Positions 8,736-19,105 of a DNA stretch of 56,257 nucleotides are shown one piece after another. The stretch lies in assembly GCA_964348495.1 (NCBI GenBank), contig CAYGCZ010000004.1:1-56257 (forward strand), given 5' to 3'. Both the position numbers and the translations under genes were made by a program. The number at the start of each line of letters is the position of its first letter. Position 1 is the first letter of the stretch. This stretch comes from an uncultured Candidatus Saccharibacteria bacterium. GTDB lineage: Bacteria > Patescibacteriota > Minisyncoccia > Phycocordibacterales > UBA2135. The notes beneath the pieces are model-generated. The model saw nothing but the letters and a program-made list of their open reading frames with translations, had not been told where the DNA came from and searched no databases.

Positions 8736-8765
8736 ATAAACAAGCCCACGACAAAGCCGCGGGGT
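8736..8765 (+). repeat. degenerate copy of the IS200/IS605-end-like palindrome
   Basis: ataaacaagcccacgacaaagccgcggggt aligns with ataaacaaccccgcggcagagccgacggggt at 47812 and 56203. Confidence 0.5.
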
Positions 8766-8804
8766 TCAATACCACGCCACCCCATAATACGCTATACTAC
8801 ACTT

Positions 8805-10112
8805 ATGAAAGAGTTGTCAGAAAAAGCCCGCTCGCTCACCTACCGCCTCCTACGCAGGAGCGAAAAATATATCAAAACCGACATGGTCTACCTCGCTAAA
8901 GGCGGATTTTGGATTACTCTTGGGCAAATAGTCTCCACCCTCTCCGTATTTTTTCTCGCTATTGCATTTGCCAACCTTGTACCACCGGAAACATATGGTA
9001 CGTACAAATACCTCCTCTCCATTGCCGGCATTTTTGCCATCTTTACCCTCCCTGGCATGTCCACCGCCATCGCGCGCGCGGTTGCCCGCGGTGATACTGC
9101 AACCATTCATGCCGCCACGCGCGCACGCGTTCTCTGGAGTTTGCTCGGTACGCTCGTAGCATTCGTGGGTTCTGCGTACTATTTCCTCAACGGAAACATC
9201 GAACTGACGATCGCACTCGCGATTATCGGTATCACTCTCCCTGTTTTTGATACGTTTACCCTGTACGGGGCCTACCTCACCGGCACACACAACTTTAGAC
9301 TACAGACAATCTTTCACCTTATTTCACAAGGGATTAGTGTTACCTCACTTATAACGACGCTCTTTCTGACCGACAACGTACTACTCATACTCCTCGCCTA
9401 CTTTCTCCCTCTTTCACTTATACGTTTTGTACTTCATGCGTACACGTCTCGCTTTTTTACTTCCGATGTTGCAGACAAAGAAACCCTCTCATACGGCAAA
9501 CATTTAAGCCTTATCAGCGTTCTCGGCACCATAGCCGGCAATATCGACAAGATCATTCTCTGGAAATTTCTCGGACCGGCTCAAGTTGCCATCTATGCCT
9601 TTGCTCTGGCTATTCCTGAACAAATAAAAGGGCCACTAAAAGGTTTTGCAGACTTGGCTTTTCCAAAGTTTGCCAAACAAACACCTGAGCAAATTCATAA
9701 AAATGTTCCTGCTATTAGGCACAAGTTGACGTTGTATGCTCTCTTACTATTTTTAATGAGCGTTCTATACATCCTCACTGCTCCATATATTTTTAAAATT
9801 CTTTTTCCGCAATACATAGAGAGCGTGTTTTACTCACAGGTATTTTCAATCTCCCTCATTACCGGCATTACTACAATTCTTTCCCAACTCCTTGCTGCCC
9901 AAAAAAAAGTAAAAGCCCAATATATATTCAACACACTGCAACCACTCACTACTATAACTCTCTATCTTATACTTATACCGATTTTTGGCGTCCTTGGCGC
10001 AATTCTTGCCTTTGTAGCTGGACGCTTTATTTCTCTTGGTATTCTTATGATGATAGTTAAAACCGTTTTTTCATCCCCTTTGCAAAACGATACCACACAA
10101 TCTTTATCATAA
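8805..10112 (+). CDS. Wzx-like oligosaccharide flippase (MOP superfamily)
   Basis: About 12 TMs; PETYGTYKY, NIDKIILWKFLGPAQVAIYAFA; start at MKELSE. Confidence 0.88.
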   Translation: MKELSEKARSLTYRLLRRSEKYIKTDMVYLAKGGFWITLGQIVSTLSVFFLAIAFANLVPPETYGTYKYLLSIAGIFAIFTLPGMSTAIARAVARGDTATIHAATRARVLWSLLGTLVAFVGSAYYFLNGNIELTIALAIIGITLPVFDTFTLYGAYLTGTHNFRLQTIFHLISQGISVTSLITTLFLTDNVLLILLAYFLPLSLIRFVLHAYTSRFFTSDVADKETLSYGKHLSLISVLGTIAGNIDKIILWKFLGPAQVAIYAFALAIPEQIKGPLKGFADLAFPKFAKQTPEQIHKNVPAIRHKLTLYALLLFLMSVLYILTAPYIFKILFPQYIESVFYSQVFSISLITGITTILSQLLAAQKKVKAQYIFNTLQPLTTITLYLILIPIFGVLGAILAFVAGRFISLGILMMIVKTVFSSPLQNDTTQSLS

Positions 10113-10117
10113 AAGAA

Positions 10118-10143
10118 AAAAGGCGGAGTCATCTCCGCCTTTT
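10118..10143. terminator. bidirectional terminator
   Basis: aaaaggcggag-tcat-ctccgcctttt between convergent genes. Confidence 0.75.
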
Positions 10144-10159
10144 AAGTATCGCGATCGAT

Positions 10160-10783
10160 TCAGAAAATTTTTATTGCATCTATCATCTGAATGTGTGGAT
10201 CAACATCAACCTCCGTATGTCTTTTGATATCACACATGACATAGTCCCTTAATATGGTCTTATATCCCATATTGTGAAACTCATCTGGCTCCCAGCCACA
10301 ACGGTGCGTTTGAACATCGTGACCTCCATGACCTAATATATCAATATTAGTTGGAACAAATCCTTTCGGTGTTTCAAAAATTACTCCCTTTCGAGCGATT
10401 TTTTCACATTGCTCAATCATTGCAAGTGATTCATCTTTTTCAAGATGCTCGACTATGTCGAGTGCAATCACAAGATCGAAACTCTTTGGTAAGAATATCC
10501 GGTCTAAATACCGCACATCCTGTCGCAGTACGACATAGGGCACATCTGCCTCTATGTGGTTGAAATATTCTTCAAAAATATCGACGCCCACTCTAATCTG
10601 CGCTGGGATAAATTTTGATTTGAGCGAAAGCCCACAAGCCACATCCAAAATTGAAACTATTTCGCCCTCCTCCCATGGCCACAACCCGGCTCGGGTAAAA
10701 ATATTTTCAATCGTATTTTCCTTCCAATCTTCTTTAGACATACCAATACCTCTAGTAAGTGTTTGTGTATCTGAAACAAACAT
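10160..10783 (-). CDS. class I SAM-dependent methyltransferase
   Basis: ILDVACG, VGVDI, SFDLVIALDIVEHL; start may be MSKED. Confidence 0.85.
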   Translation of the reverse strand: MFVSDTQTLTRGIGMSKEDWKENTIENIFTRAGLWPWEEGEIVSILDVACGLSLKSKFIPAQIRVGVDIFEEYFNHIEADVPYVVLRQDVRYLDRIFLPKSFDLVIALDIVEHLEKDESLAMIEQCEKIARKGVIFETPKGFVPTNIDILGHGGHDVQTHRCGWEPDEFHNMGYKTILRDYVMCDIKRHTEVDVDPHIQMIDAIKIF

Positions 10784-10887
10784 AACACATAGACATACCT
10801 TCTGTCAAAAATTTACCGAGGATAGTTGATGAATAGAAAAACACAATATTCATCTACCATGAGACTTCGTTTAGACGATAGCAATTT

Positions 10888-12021
10888 TTACTTCGACCAC
10901 ACTACACGGTTCACATAATCTATATAGCTCAAAATAATTCTAACAACCTTTCGTGAAACATTACGATTCGTATAATCGACAGGGGTATTAAAATCTCGCA
11001 CATCTCCCCTTTTTTGAGAAATCGCCATCTCTATTGCCTGTAGTACACGCCATGGATTAAGTCCTGCCATAATAACAGACCCTTCATCCATTGCCTCAAG
11101 ACGTTCATGTGTCTCTCGCAAATTTACAGCTGGGAAATTTAACATAGAGGACTCCTCACTAATAGTACCGCTGTCTGAAAGAACGCAGAAAGCATTTTTT
11201 TGTAAATTGACATAATCAAACAAACCTAATGGCTTCATAAGATTAACATTGGAGGGTAGCTGTACCCCCTCTTTTTCGAGTCGTTTTCTTGTACGCGGAT
11301 GAACTGAAAAAATAATTGGCATATCATAGGTTTCAGAGACTGTACTGATAATCTTAATTAAATTATCGAAATTTCTTTCAATACCAATATTTTCCTCTCT
11401 ATGCGCACTAAGGACAAAATATTTTTCAGACTCAAGCGAGAGGTCACGTAAAATAGTAGATGCATTAATCGCATCTTCGTTATTATGCAACACCTCGTTT
11501 GTTGGGGAGCCTGTTTTTATAATCCGATCCATTGGCAAGCCCTCATTCAAGAGATTCAGCCGCGTTACATCACTGTACACGAGGTTGATGTCGCTCACAT
11601 GATCCAATATTCTCCGATTTAACTCTTCAGGAACCCTCATGTCAAAACATCGATTACCCGCTTCCATATGAAATATCGGAATCTTTCTCCTTTTTGCTGC
11701 ATATGCCCCCATGCAGCTATTAGTGTCTCCCAAAATTAAAAAAGCTTCTGGTTGCTCTTTTTCAAGAATGCTGTCAACTTTTGATATCACATCACCGACA
11801 ACCTCAGACGATGTATTGCCTTGTACTCCCAAAAAATAATCAGGTTTTCTTAGTCCGAGATCCTTAAAAAAAATCTCATTGAGCTCATAATCATAATTCT
11901 GACCAGTATGCACTAAGACATGTTCTGTATCCTTATCCAGCTGACGTATCACCTGTGAGAGCTTGATAATCTCTGGCCTCGTACCAACAAGCGTCATGAT
12001 TTTTACTTTTTTTATTTCCAT
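10888..12021 (-). CDS. non-hydrolysing UDP-HexNAc 2-epimerase (CapG/WbjD/FnlC-like)
   Basis: VGTRPEIIKLS, HTGQNYD, GDTNS, HMEAGNRCFD, SDSGTISEE. Confidence 0.92.
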   Translation of the reverse strand: MEIKKVKIMTLVGTRPEIIKLSQVIRQLDKDTEHVLVHTGQNYDYELNEIFFKDLGLRKPDYFLGVQGNTSSEVVGDVISKVDSILEKEQPEAFLILGDTNSCMGAYAAKRRKIPIFHMEAGNRCFDMRVPEELNRRILDHVSDINLVYSDVTRLNLLNEGLPMDRIIKTGSPTNEVLHNNEDAINASTILRDLSLESEKYFVLSAHREENIGIERNFDNLIKIISTVSETYDMPIIFSVHPRTRKRLEKEGVQLPSNVNLMKPLGLFDYVNLQKNAFCVLSDSGTISEESSMLNFPAVNLRETHERLEAMDEGSVIMAGLNPWRVLQAIEMAISQKRGDVRDFNTPVDYTNRNVSRKVVRIILSYIDYVNRVVWSK

Positions 12022-12039
12022 ATATTTCTCAGATAATAA

Positions 12040-13152
12040 TTAAATAACAAAAGGGAAGGTGTCGGGATCAGAAGGATTAAATATCTCATTTATCCAAAAC
12101 ATGGTCATCAACTCACCTTCTCCAACATTCTTCAAATTATGCGCGCAAAACGTCGGCATATCAATATAGACAGGATTGTCTCCACTCACACGAATAGTCG
12201 TCTCATTCCCAAAAAATAAATTTTTTATTTTTATATCAGCAACCCCCTTGATTACACAAAACCGTTCTACTTTTCTTGTATGATAATGATTTCCACGAGT
12301 ATACTGAGGTTTTGTAGTCGAAATAAATATTTGCCCACCCCCTCCAGTTTTGAGAGTCTCAACAAGCCCCCCTCTTTCATCATTGTGCAATATTAATTTT
12401 CTTGGGTAAAACTTGGCTCCAAATAAATGTGAACGCAGCGTGTTGAAAAGCGCGGTATGGAATTTATTTTTTAGAGTAGGAACTATATCTTTTGAGTACA
12501 AATTATAAAAATCAACAAGTAGAGAGTGTAATTCCGTAAGACTTATATTTTCTCCCTTTATTTCAATTTCACCACCTTTCGGATTTCTAATAATATCTAG
12601 AATCGTCTGAGCAATCTCTTGATTATGCACCAAATCGACAGAGGCACTTTGATTAATTTCAGAAGACTCCCCATTAACCAGATGATGACAAAAGGTCGAT
12701 ACAACAGATACATCAAAAGGTTTGCCAAATTCACCAAATTCATTTGGAATAACTAAGAGACTCACTGGAGTATTGTGAGCTTTTCCCCATGAAACGAGCA
12801 TATTACCAACATCCCTCTTAGATCTTCCATAGATGGTTTCTGTATATATCTGCGTTGATGAAGCATAGATAATATGTGGCGTTACACGAAATCGGTCACA
12901 GATTTCGATCAATCTTTTTGACATCTCTAAGTTCCGCGCATATATTTCTTCTTCAGGAGAATTCTTGGCATGTGCTGCCTTCAAGTGGACGACGACATCA
13001 CAGACTTTTAGCGCCTCCTTTGTATCATTACTTGATATATCAAGCGATTCATCAATCAACAAAACTTCTATCTCATCAGAATAAGGAGCGAGAAACCACT
13101 GGAGATGCATCCCTAGAAATTCTTTGTGTCCAATAATTCCTATTTTTTTCAT
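12040..13152 (-). CDS. CapF/WbjC/FnlB-like SDR plus cupin reductase/epimerase
   Basis: YASSTQ, YGRSK, PNEFGEFGKP, C-terminal RGNHYHTRKVERF cupin. Confidence 0.85.
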   Translation of the reverse strand: MKKIGIIGHKEFLGMHLQWFLAPYSDEIEVLLIDESLDISSNDTKEALKVCDVVVHLKAAHAKNSPEEEIYARNLEMSKRLIEICDRFRVTPHIIYASSTQIYTETIYGRSKRDVGNMLVSWGKAHNTPVSLLVIPNEFGEFGKPFDVSVVSTFCHHLVNGESSEINQSASVDLVHNQEIAQTILDIIRNPKGGEIEIKGENISLTELHSLLVDFYNLYSKDIVPTLKNKFHTALFNTLRSHLFGAKFYPRKLILHNDERGGLVETLKTGGGGQIFISTTKPQYTRGNHYHTRKVERFCVIKGVADIKIKNLFFGNETTIRVSGDNPVYIDMPTFCAHNLKNVGEGELMTMFWINEIFNPSDPDTFPFVI

Positions 13153-14144
13153 TTTTTTAACTGTTGTTTAACAAAAGGAAGACTACGAAGCAATTTCTCT
13201 GTTTCATATATTGATAATCTTCTCGTATTTTCTGAAGTATAATCTTCTGTAATCATCTCACTTTTTCCTTGCTCAAAATAATCTTTATGATTCTCGTCCT
13301 TATCTGAAATAATTCTGAAATAATCACCAAAATCCTGTGCATGGACTAGTTCTAGCTGTGTAGCCAATGTTTCGTGTATTTTTTCTCCAGCTCTGGTTCC
13401 TACGATTTCTATATTACTACTTGAATCAAAGACATGTAACAATGCCTTCGCAAGATCCTGAACAGTCGCTGCTGAGGCTTTTTTTACAAACAAATCACCC
13501 TGCTCCCCGTTTTTAATAGCGAACAACACTAAGTCTATAGCGTCTTCAAGAGAAAGTAGAAACCGCGTCATTAAAGGATTTGTGATAGGAAGCGCATGAC
13601 CCGCTTTAATTTTATCAATAAAGAGAGGTATGACCGATCCTCGTGATGCCATCACATTCCCATAACGAACAGTACAAAAGACTGTACTAGTAGCATGACG
13701 CGCCTTTCCTAGTAACAATTTTTCTGCCATTGCCTTTGACATTCCCATCGCATTGATAGGGTATACGGCTTTGTCCGTACTCAGTAAGACAACTTTTTTC
13801 ACACCCGGATACATCTCTGCTGCATCCAAAATATTTTGAGTACCTAAAATATTCGTACGCACCATTTCCAAAGGGAAAAACTCTCCTGTTGGCACTTGTT
13901 TTAGTGCAGCTGCATGAAAGACTGTATCAATCCCTACCATTGCCGACTGTACAGTATCAAAATTACGAACATCACCGATTATAAAACGCAATCTATCTTG
14001 CTGAAATTTCTGTCGCATATCATGCTGTTTGAGCTCATCGCGACTAAAAATAACAATTTCTTCTACTGAGTTATCTTCTAGCAACCGTGTTACCATAGCC
14101 TGTCCAAAAGACCCTGTGCCTCCAGTAATTAATATTTTTTTCAT
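13149..14144 (-). CDS. UDP-GlcNAc 4,6-dehydratase (CapE/WbjB/FnlA-like)
   Basis: ITGGTGSFG, FSRDELKQ, HAAALKQVP, STDKAVYPINAMGMSK, RYGNVMASRGSVIP. Confidence 0.93.
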   Translation of the reverse strand: MKKILITGGTGSFGQAMVTRLLEDNSVEEIVIFSRDELKQHDMRQKFQQDRLRFIIGDVRNFDTVQSAMVGIDTVFHAAALKQVPTGEFFPLEMVRTNILGTQNILDAAEMYPGVKKVVLLSTDKAVYPINAMGMSKAMAEKLLLGKARHATSTVFCTVRYGNVMASRGSVIPLFIDKIKAGHALPITNPLMTRFLLSLEDAIDLVLFAIKNGEQGDLFVKKASAATVQDLAKALLHVFDSSSNIEIVGTRAGEKIHETLATQLELVHAQDFGDYFRIISDKDENHKDYFEQGKSEMITEDYTSENTRRLSIYETEKLLRSLPFVKQQLKK

Positions 14145-15259
14145 ATAGTTAAGGATTTGACCAGTGAGTAAAAAAAATTCTGGGTGTTTGTGTTTGTGTA
14201 TGTATCTACTATTGTCTTTCGTGCACTTAACCCAATTGCAAATCGACACACAGGACTGGACAAAACCTCAATCGCCTCAAGAAACTGAGTCTCGTCACCG
14301 GGACTATACAGTACCCCATTCTCACCTGTTTTGACAATCTTGCCCACATCACCGACATTACTAGCTAAGACAGGCTTTCCCATTGCCATGTATTCAATAA
14401 TTTTTGAAGGGAATGAAATGCGACAAATTGGATCATCAGGCCTTGGCACAACCAAGATGTCACAACTAGCCAAAAAACCAGGAACTTCAGCATGGGGTAT
14501 TCTACCCAGAGTCACGATAGATCCATCTCGTTTTATGACTCCTTTTTGTTCGTTACTTAGCAATAAAGCTAACTTATACTTTTTATTACCTACAATCAAC
14601 TTTTTAAAACTCGAAATAAGAAAGGCTAACCCTTGATACTCACTCGTATTGCCTGCATATCCGATAACTATCTCGTCTGGATTTTCTTTAAAATTAAAAT
14701 TCGGCTCAACCTCTGGTGTAAATAAATCTACATCAACAGAGTTAAATACTGTATAAGAATTTTTGTTATACTTGCTGACGATAGATGTAGCTGTCGGACT
14801 CGATGTGGTAATGAGATCGCACATATAAAACAATACCTTATGAATATTTCTATTCAAATGATATCTAAACCACCCGATACTTCTATCCTGATACGCCTCC
14901 TCCGCATTAAAACCATGTACCTCTAAAAACAACTTAGATTTGAATAAAAATCTAAGCAAAAACAAATGCTTCAATGATAAAATTGTGTGTCCGATAATAA
15001 CATCCGCCTTATTCTTTTTTAAACTTTTATATATCTGAAAAAATGCTCCAAAAAAACCTGACTTCACTTGTATGTGTTCGGCCCCAGAAATTGGGCTTAT
15101 CGAATCCGTAGATACGACCCTTAGTTCAATGTCTGATCTTTCTGCAAGGCTTTCAAGGAGTCTCTTTACTCGAAGGCGCGTACCTCGTGTTACCAATATC
15201 TCAAAACCAGTAATCGCAAGAATCTTAGTTTTTTTGTTTTCATTTAAATTTGTATCCAT
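14141..15259 (-). CDS. GT4 glycosyltransferase
   Basis: FPSKIIEYMAMGKPVLASNVG; start at MDTNL. Confidence 0.9.
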   Translation of the reverse strand: MDTNLNENKKTKILAITGFEILVTRGTRLRVKRLLESLAERSDIELRVVSTDSISPISGAEHIQVKSGFFGAFFQIYKSLKKNKADVIIGHTILSLKHLFLLRFLFKSKLFLEVHGFNAEEAYQDRSIGWFRYHLNRNIHKVLFYMCDLITTSSPTATSIVSKYNKNSYTVFNSVDVDLFTPEVEPNFNFKENPDEIVIGYAGNTSEYQGLAFLISSFKKLIVGNKKYKLALLLSNEQKGVIKRDGSIVTLGRIPHAEVPGFLASCDILVVPRPDDPICRISFPSKIIEYMAMGKPVLASNVGDVGKIVKTGENGVLYSPGDETQFLEAIEVLSSPVCRFAIGLSARKTIVDTYTNTNTQNFFYSLVKSLTI

Positions 15260-15276
15260 ATCTAAACCATGATGCC

Positions 15277-16911
15277 CTAAATTTCTGCGCATGTAGCACT
15301 ATCATACACATAGAGATTTTTGCCCAACTGCCCTAGTTTATAGAACGATGGTATAAGCATTCTACCAAGATTAATGTCGATGTCGAAGACTTCGTTATCG
15401 GGAACGGGATTGCCAAAACGCGCCAATGGAGTACACCCGGAGATGGCGTGCTCGGTTATGATCAAGTCGGGTGGAGCATCCCGCACCAAAAGAGGGTCGG
15501 TTTCATCGGTAATGACTGTGGGACGAAAGTCGATGTCAGTATCGAGCGAGCGGCGATACCTGCAGGTAGACGCGCACGCACTGTCCGCAAAAAGTTCATA
15601 CGACGCTTTATTCATCGGGAGCATGAATTCAAAGATATGCTCTTCAATGCGTATATCCGCATTGCCATAATTTTTCACCACATACTTGTAGGCATTGTTG
15701 TATGTTGCCGGCACGGAAAGCAGAACGACGGTATAGAGATACAAAAGAACACTTACCGATAAGAGAGTAACCGAGATACACTTCCGCGGAGGATGAAAGG
15801 CGGCGAGAAAAAACGTAAGAAAGATACCGAAAGGAAAAACTTGTCGTACGTTTAACGCGATGTCGTGATCGGCACGAAAGATAAAGACCAGCACGCTCAT
15901 GTATAAAATGCCATAAAACGCCGCGAGGAATGCGAGCGTGCGATCTCGGACACCTGCTCTGATTGCTGGAATGAGGGCGAGCAACAGGAGCGGGAAAGCT
16001 TCGATACTATGCCGCGTCTTGAGAAGAACGGACTCAAACAACGAAAGCGTTCCCTCTGTTGGTACCAAGACGCTCTTTGCACCCGAAGTGAGAAAGTCCG
16101 GCAAAAATCCCGAGACTTGTCCAATAATGTTTTCTGCATTAAGCAAGAACACAGCAAAGACGACCCCGAAACCGGCCAGTGTCATATATGCAAGCCTCCG
16201 GAACACTGCCCATGTCTTGGGAAAAGCAAAGAAGATGATGGGGACGCAAACAAAGAACAACGCCGCGAACGCGAAATTGGCAGTTGCCAGCGCGGTAGTA
16301 ATGATTGAGATAAACGCGTATCGCCCGGGGATACCCTGCTCGCGTTCCTTGGAAAGTGAGCGATGGAGAAAGATGAATGAAATGGTGACGAGCGTCATCG
16401 AGAGTATCCACATCTTCCCCGATCGAGCAAGAAATATCGTGATGACATTGCCAAACAAAAGAGCGAGGAGGGCGAGCCGCCACCATCGCTCTTGTACGAT
16501 GGACCGGAGAAACCTATACACCGCAAACAAAAATACCATCGCGGTAAGTGCCGACACTATGCGCGGCACCAATAGGCTGTAGGAGGGATTTAGAATAAAT
16601 GCCGTTTTCACCGCCCCCATGTCAAACCCCGTAACAATAAAACCAACCCCGAGGGCGATGGCCATAAAAAGATAATTTTCATAAAAAGAAATGGTTCCAT
16701 ACAGCACGTCTCCACCAAGCGGCAGGAGTGTATGTGCTTCCATGGCACGCAGGACACCCCCACCAAACGCCCACACATCGGTAATGGTATTTACCATCGG
16801 AAAGGCATACCATACACCGATTAAAAAACTTGCCCCAAACACGATCATTCCCCACTCTTCAAGCGAGAGACTTCGCGCCTTCTGCACACATACCATTACG
16901 ATGCTTTTCAT
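15277..16911 (-). CDS. polytopic membrane protein, possible GT-C fold glycosyltransferase
   Basis: About 11 TMs, PRIVSALTA motif, soluble C-terminal domain; divergent from the gtrA-like gene. Confidence 0.6.
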   Translation of the reverse strand: MKSIVMVCVQKARSLSLEEWGMIVFGASFLIGVWYAFPMVNTITDVWAFGGGVLRAMEAHTLLPLGGDVLYGTISFYENYLFMAIALGVGFIVTGFDMGAVKTAFILNPSYSLLVPRIVSALTAMVFLFAVYRFLRSIVQERWWRLALLALLFGNVITIFLARSGKMWILSMTLVTISFIFLHRSLSKEREQGIPGRYAFISIITTALATANFAFAALFFVCVPIIFFAFPKTWAVFRRLAYMTLAGFGVVFAVFLLNAENIIGQVSGFLPDFLTSGAKSVLVPTEGTLSLFESVLLKTRHSIEAFPLLLLALIPAIRAGVRDRTLAFLAAFYGILYMSVLVFIFRADHDIALNVRQVFPFGIFLTFFLAAFHPPRKCISVTLLSVSVLLYLYTVVLLSVPATYNNAYKYVVKNYGNADIRIEEHIFEFMLPMNKASYELFADSACASTCRYRRSLDTDIDFRPTVITDETDPLLVRDAPPDLIITEHAISGCTPLARFGNPVPDNEVFDIDINLGRMLIPSFYKLGQLGKNLYVYDSATCAEI

Positions 16912-16953
16912 ACCACCATAGTAGCAGATATTCATTTGCGTTATACTGTGTAA

Positions 16954-17397
16954 ATGAACGCGCTACACCACCATATCGAAAAAGTGCTCGGCGAACGACT
17001 CTTCCACCTCCTTCGCTACCTTATATCCGGAGGGATGGCGGCAATCAGCAACATAGGTGCGCTTTTTCTCTTGGTCCAATTTGGAAACTTCCACTATCTA
17101 TCCGCCTCGATACTCGCCTATTTGTTTGGTATCGTTGTTTCATTCACACTGCAAAAATTCTGGACGTTTCAAGATAAGCCGACCCACGATCTGCACGCGC
17201 AGTTCGCTCGATACATGCTGGTAGTTTTATGCAACCTTCTTCTTAATACATCTTTAATGTACCTACTCGTCAGCCAACTTGGCCTGTGGTATATACTCGC
17301 TCAAATACTCGCCACTGCCGTAGTAGCGATTATCGGCTACTACGCCTATAAGCATTTTGTCTTTACTGAACGTGTTACCGCCACTATAACCCCATAA
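16954..17397 (+). CDS. GtrA-family small flippase
   Basis: LLRYLISGG, SFTLQKFWTF, QFARY, YKHFVF; four TMs. Confidence 0.88.
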   Translation: MNALHHHIEKVLGERLFHLLRYLISGGMAAISNIGALFLLVQFGNFHYLSASILAYLFGIVVSFTLQKFWTFQDKPTHDLHAQFARYMLVVLCNLLLNTSLMYLLVSQLGLWYILAQILATAVVAIIGYYAYKHFVFTERVTATITP

Positions 17398-17401
17398 GGT
17401 T

Positions 17402-18715
17402 ATGAAAGTTTTTTTGCAAAAAAATAGATGGGAAATTGGCGTTGCCCTTACGGCACTCACCATACACCTGCTCTGTTTCTTTTTTTTCATACAGGCAAAC
17501 AACGGTGATGTTCTCACCACGGTACGTGTAGATGATGGGTTCTATGAACTGGCAAAAAACGTATTGGCGGGAAACGGCTTCTCATGGAGTGCCGAAGCAC
17601 CCTACCTGCAAAACACCATGCGTACCCCCGGTTATGTATGGCTATTGGCAGGTCTTATTAAACTATTCGGTGAAACCGGTGCCGCCATAGTTCAGTTGAT
17701 TGCGGCGACGGCGATACCCCTCATCGGCATATATATAGCGCGTGCGATTACTCAATCGCGCACGATAGGTATCGCGACAGGAATAGTGCTCGCCCTTGAC
17801 CCAACATTGGCGCGTCTCTCATTTCAATTTTACACAGAAACAACGTTCCTTCTTTTTTTCCTCTCATGGTTGCTGACTACTCTATATTATCTGAAACGCC
17901 CCACTACGACCAAACTGCTTGTCAGTGCGTTTTTGTTTGGCGGCGCACTCCTTATCAAGGCGAGTATCCAGTATATTCCCTTCATACTTATTCCTTGTAG
18001 TATATGGGCTCATGGCAAGAAAAATTGGCGACAGGGCCTGTGGCACAGTGGTGCATTCATTCTCATCGTAGGGATGATAGTATCTCCGTGGATACTGCGG
18101 AACATGCACCAGTTCGACACCCCCGCCATCAGCACGCAAGCAACATTTATCCTCTATACCAACTTTGTTCCGGCGGTTATGAGTATTGCCGAGAAGCGCG
18201 ACTTCAACGAAGTCGTTCACTCTTTCCTCACCCAAGAAGAATACCGCGGCGATGCGATTACCTTCGCCAACCAAAATGAGTACAAAGAAAAAGCGATCGC
18301 TATAATCACCGATCATCCGGCAATCAGCGCTTTTGTAGCAGGCAGGTCACTTTTTACCTTTTTCACGAACGATGGTTTTTACGATATCTTGTATCGTAGT
18401 GGATTAGATCGACACAACTATCTACCTTTTCTTATCATGATGCGTCTTGTCTGGATAGGTATCACTATCACCGCATTCATTGGCGCATGCATATACCTCC
18501 TTACAAGGCGATCTCCTCAAGCTGTGCTGGTTATCGCCTTGGTGGCATACTTCGCGCTCATCAGCACCATTACGGCCTTTGGTACGAACCCGCGATACCG
18601 CCTGCCGGTTGATCCTATCATTCTCTCTTTCGCCATCATTGGTGCAAGCACTGTACTGATGCAACTAAAAAACCACAGATTGTGGAAAAAACCGCCACAA
18701 ACTGATACAAAGTAA
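17402..18715 (+). CDS. GT-C (ArnT/PMT-like) membrane glycosyltransferase
   Basis: DD.FYELAKNV, RTPGY, YTETTF, PWILRN, PRYRLPVDP. Confidence 0.8.
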   Translation: MKVFLQKNRWEIGVALTALTIHLLCFFFFIQANNGDVLTTVRVDDGFYELAKNVLAGNGFSWSAEAPYLQNTMRTPGYVWLLAGLIKLFGETGAAIVQLIAATAIPLIGIYIARAITQSRTIGIATGIVLALDPTLARLSFQFYTETTFLLFFLSWLLTTLYYLKRPTTTKLLVSAFLFGGALLIKASIQYIPFILIPCSIWAHGKKNWRQGLWHSGAFILIVGMIVSPWILRNMHQFDTPAISTQATFILYTNFVPAVMSIAEKRDFNEVVHSFLTQEEYRGDAITFANQNEYKEKAIAIITDHPAISAFVAGRSLFTFFTNDGFYDILYRSGLDRHNYLPFLIMMRLVWIGITITAFIGACIYLLTRRSPQAVLVIALVAYFALISTITAFGTNPRYRLPVDPIILSFAIIGASTVLMQLKNHRLWKKPPQTDTK

Positions 18716-18717
18716 GT

Positions 18718-19017
18718 ATGAAAACCATTATTGTTTGGCAAAAAACACTCAAAAAGGCGGCTGACACACGTTTTCCAAACTCCGGTTGGGGTGAAAAAGA
18801 GCGTATTGAATCAATACAGCGCCAGCTTGATGATGTGAAAATGGCGATACAAGTTGCCCGTGGCGAAGTCATGAGTGACCACCACGGACATCAAGACCCT
18901 CACCATCGCATCGCGGCACTTGTAGCTGACATACTTATATTTGCTGAAGAGTACGGTGCAGATACTGAAAGTGAAATGGAAAAAGTCCTTGCTTGGTTTG
19001 AAGGAAGATCGCACTAA
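18718..19017 (+). CDS. small helical protein, possibly degenerate MazG-like
   Basis: 99 aa; helix pattern and LVADILIFA..YGAD resemble MazG but the acidic EExxE motif is absent. Confidence 0.5.
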   Translation: MKTIIVWQKTLKKAADTRFPNSGWGEKERIESIQRQLDDVKMAIQVARGEVMSDHHGHQDPHHRIAALVADILIFAEEYGADTESEMEKVLAWFEGRSH

Positions 19018-19050
19018 GCACAAGCGTGTATCCGCTCTTCTGACAAAGCT

Positions 19051-19086
19051 ATATCAAAACCCCACGCGTGCGCGGGGTTTTGATAT
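19051..19086. terminator. bidirectional terminator
   Basis: atatcaaaacccc...ggggttttgatat between convergent operons. Confidence 0.65.
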
Positions 19087-19105
19087 GCTACCAAGATAAA
19101 ATATC

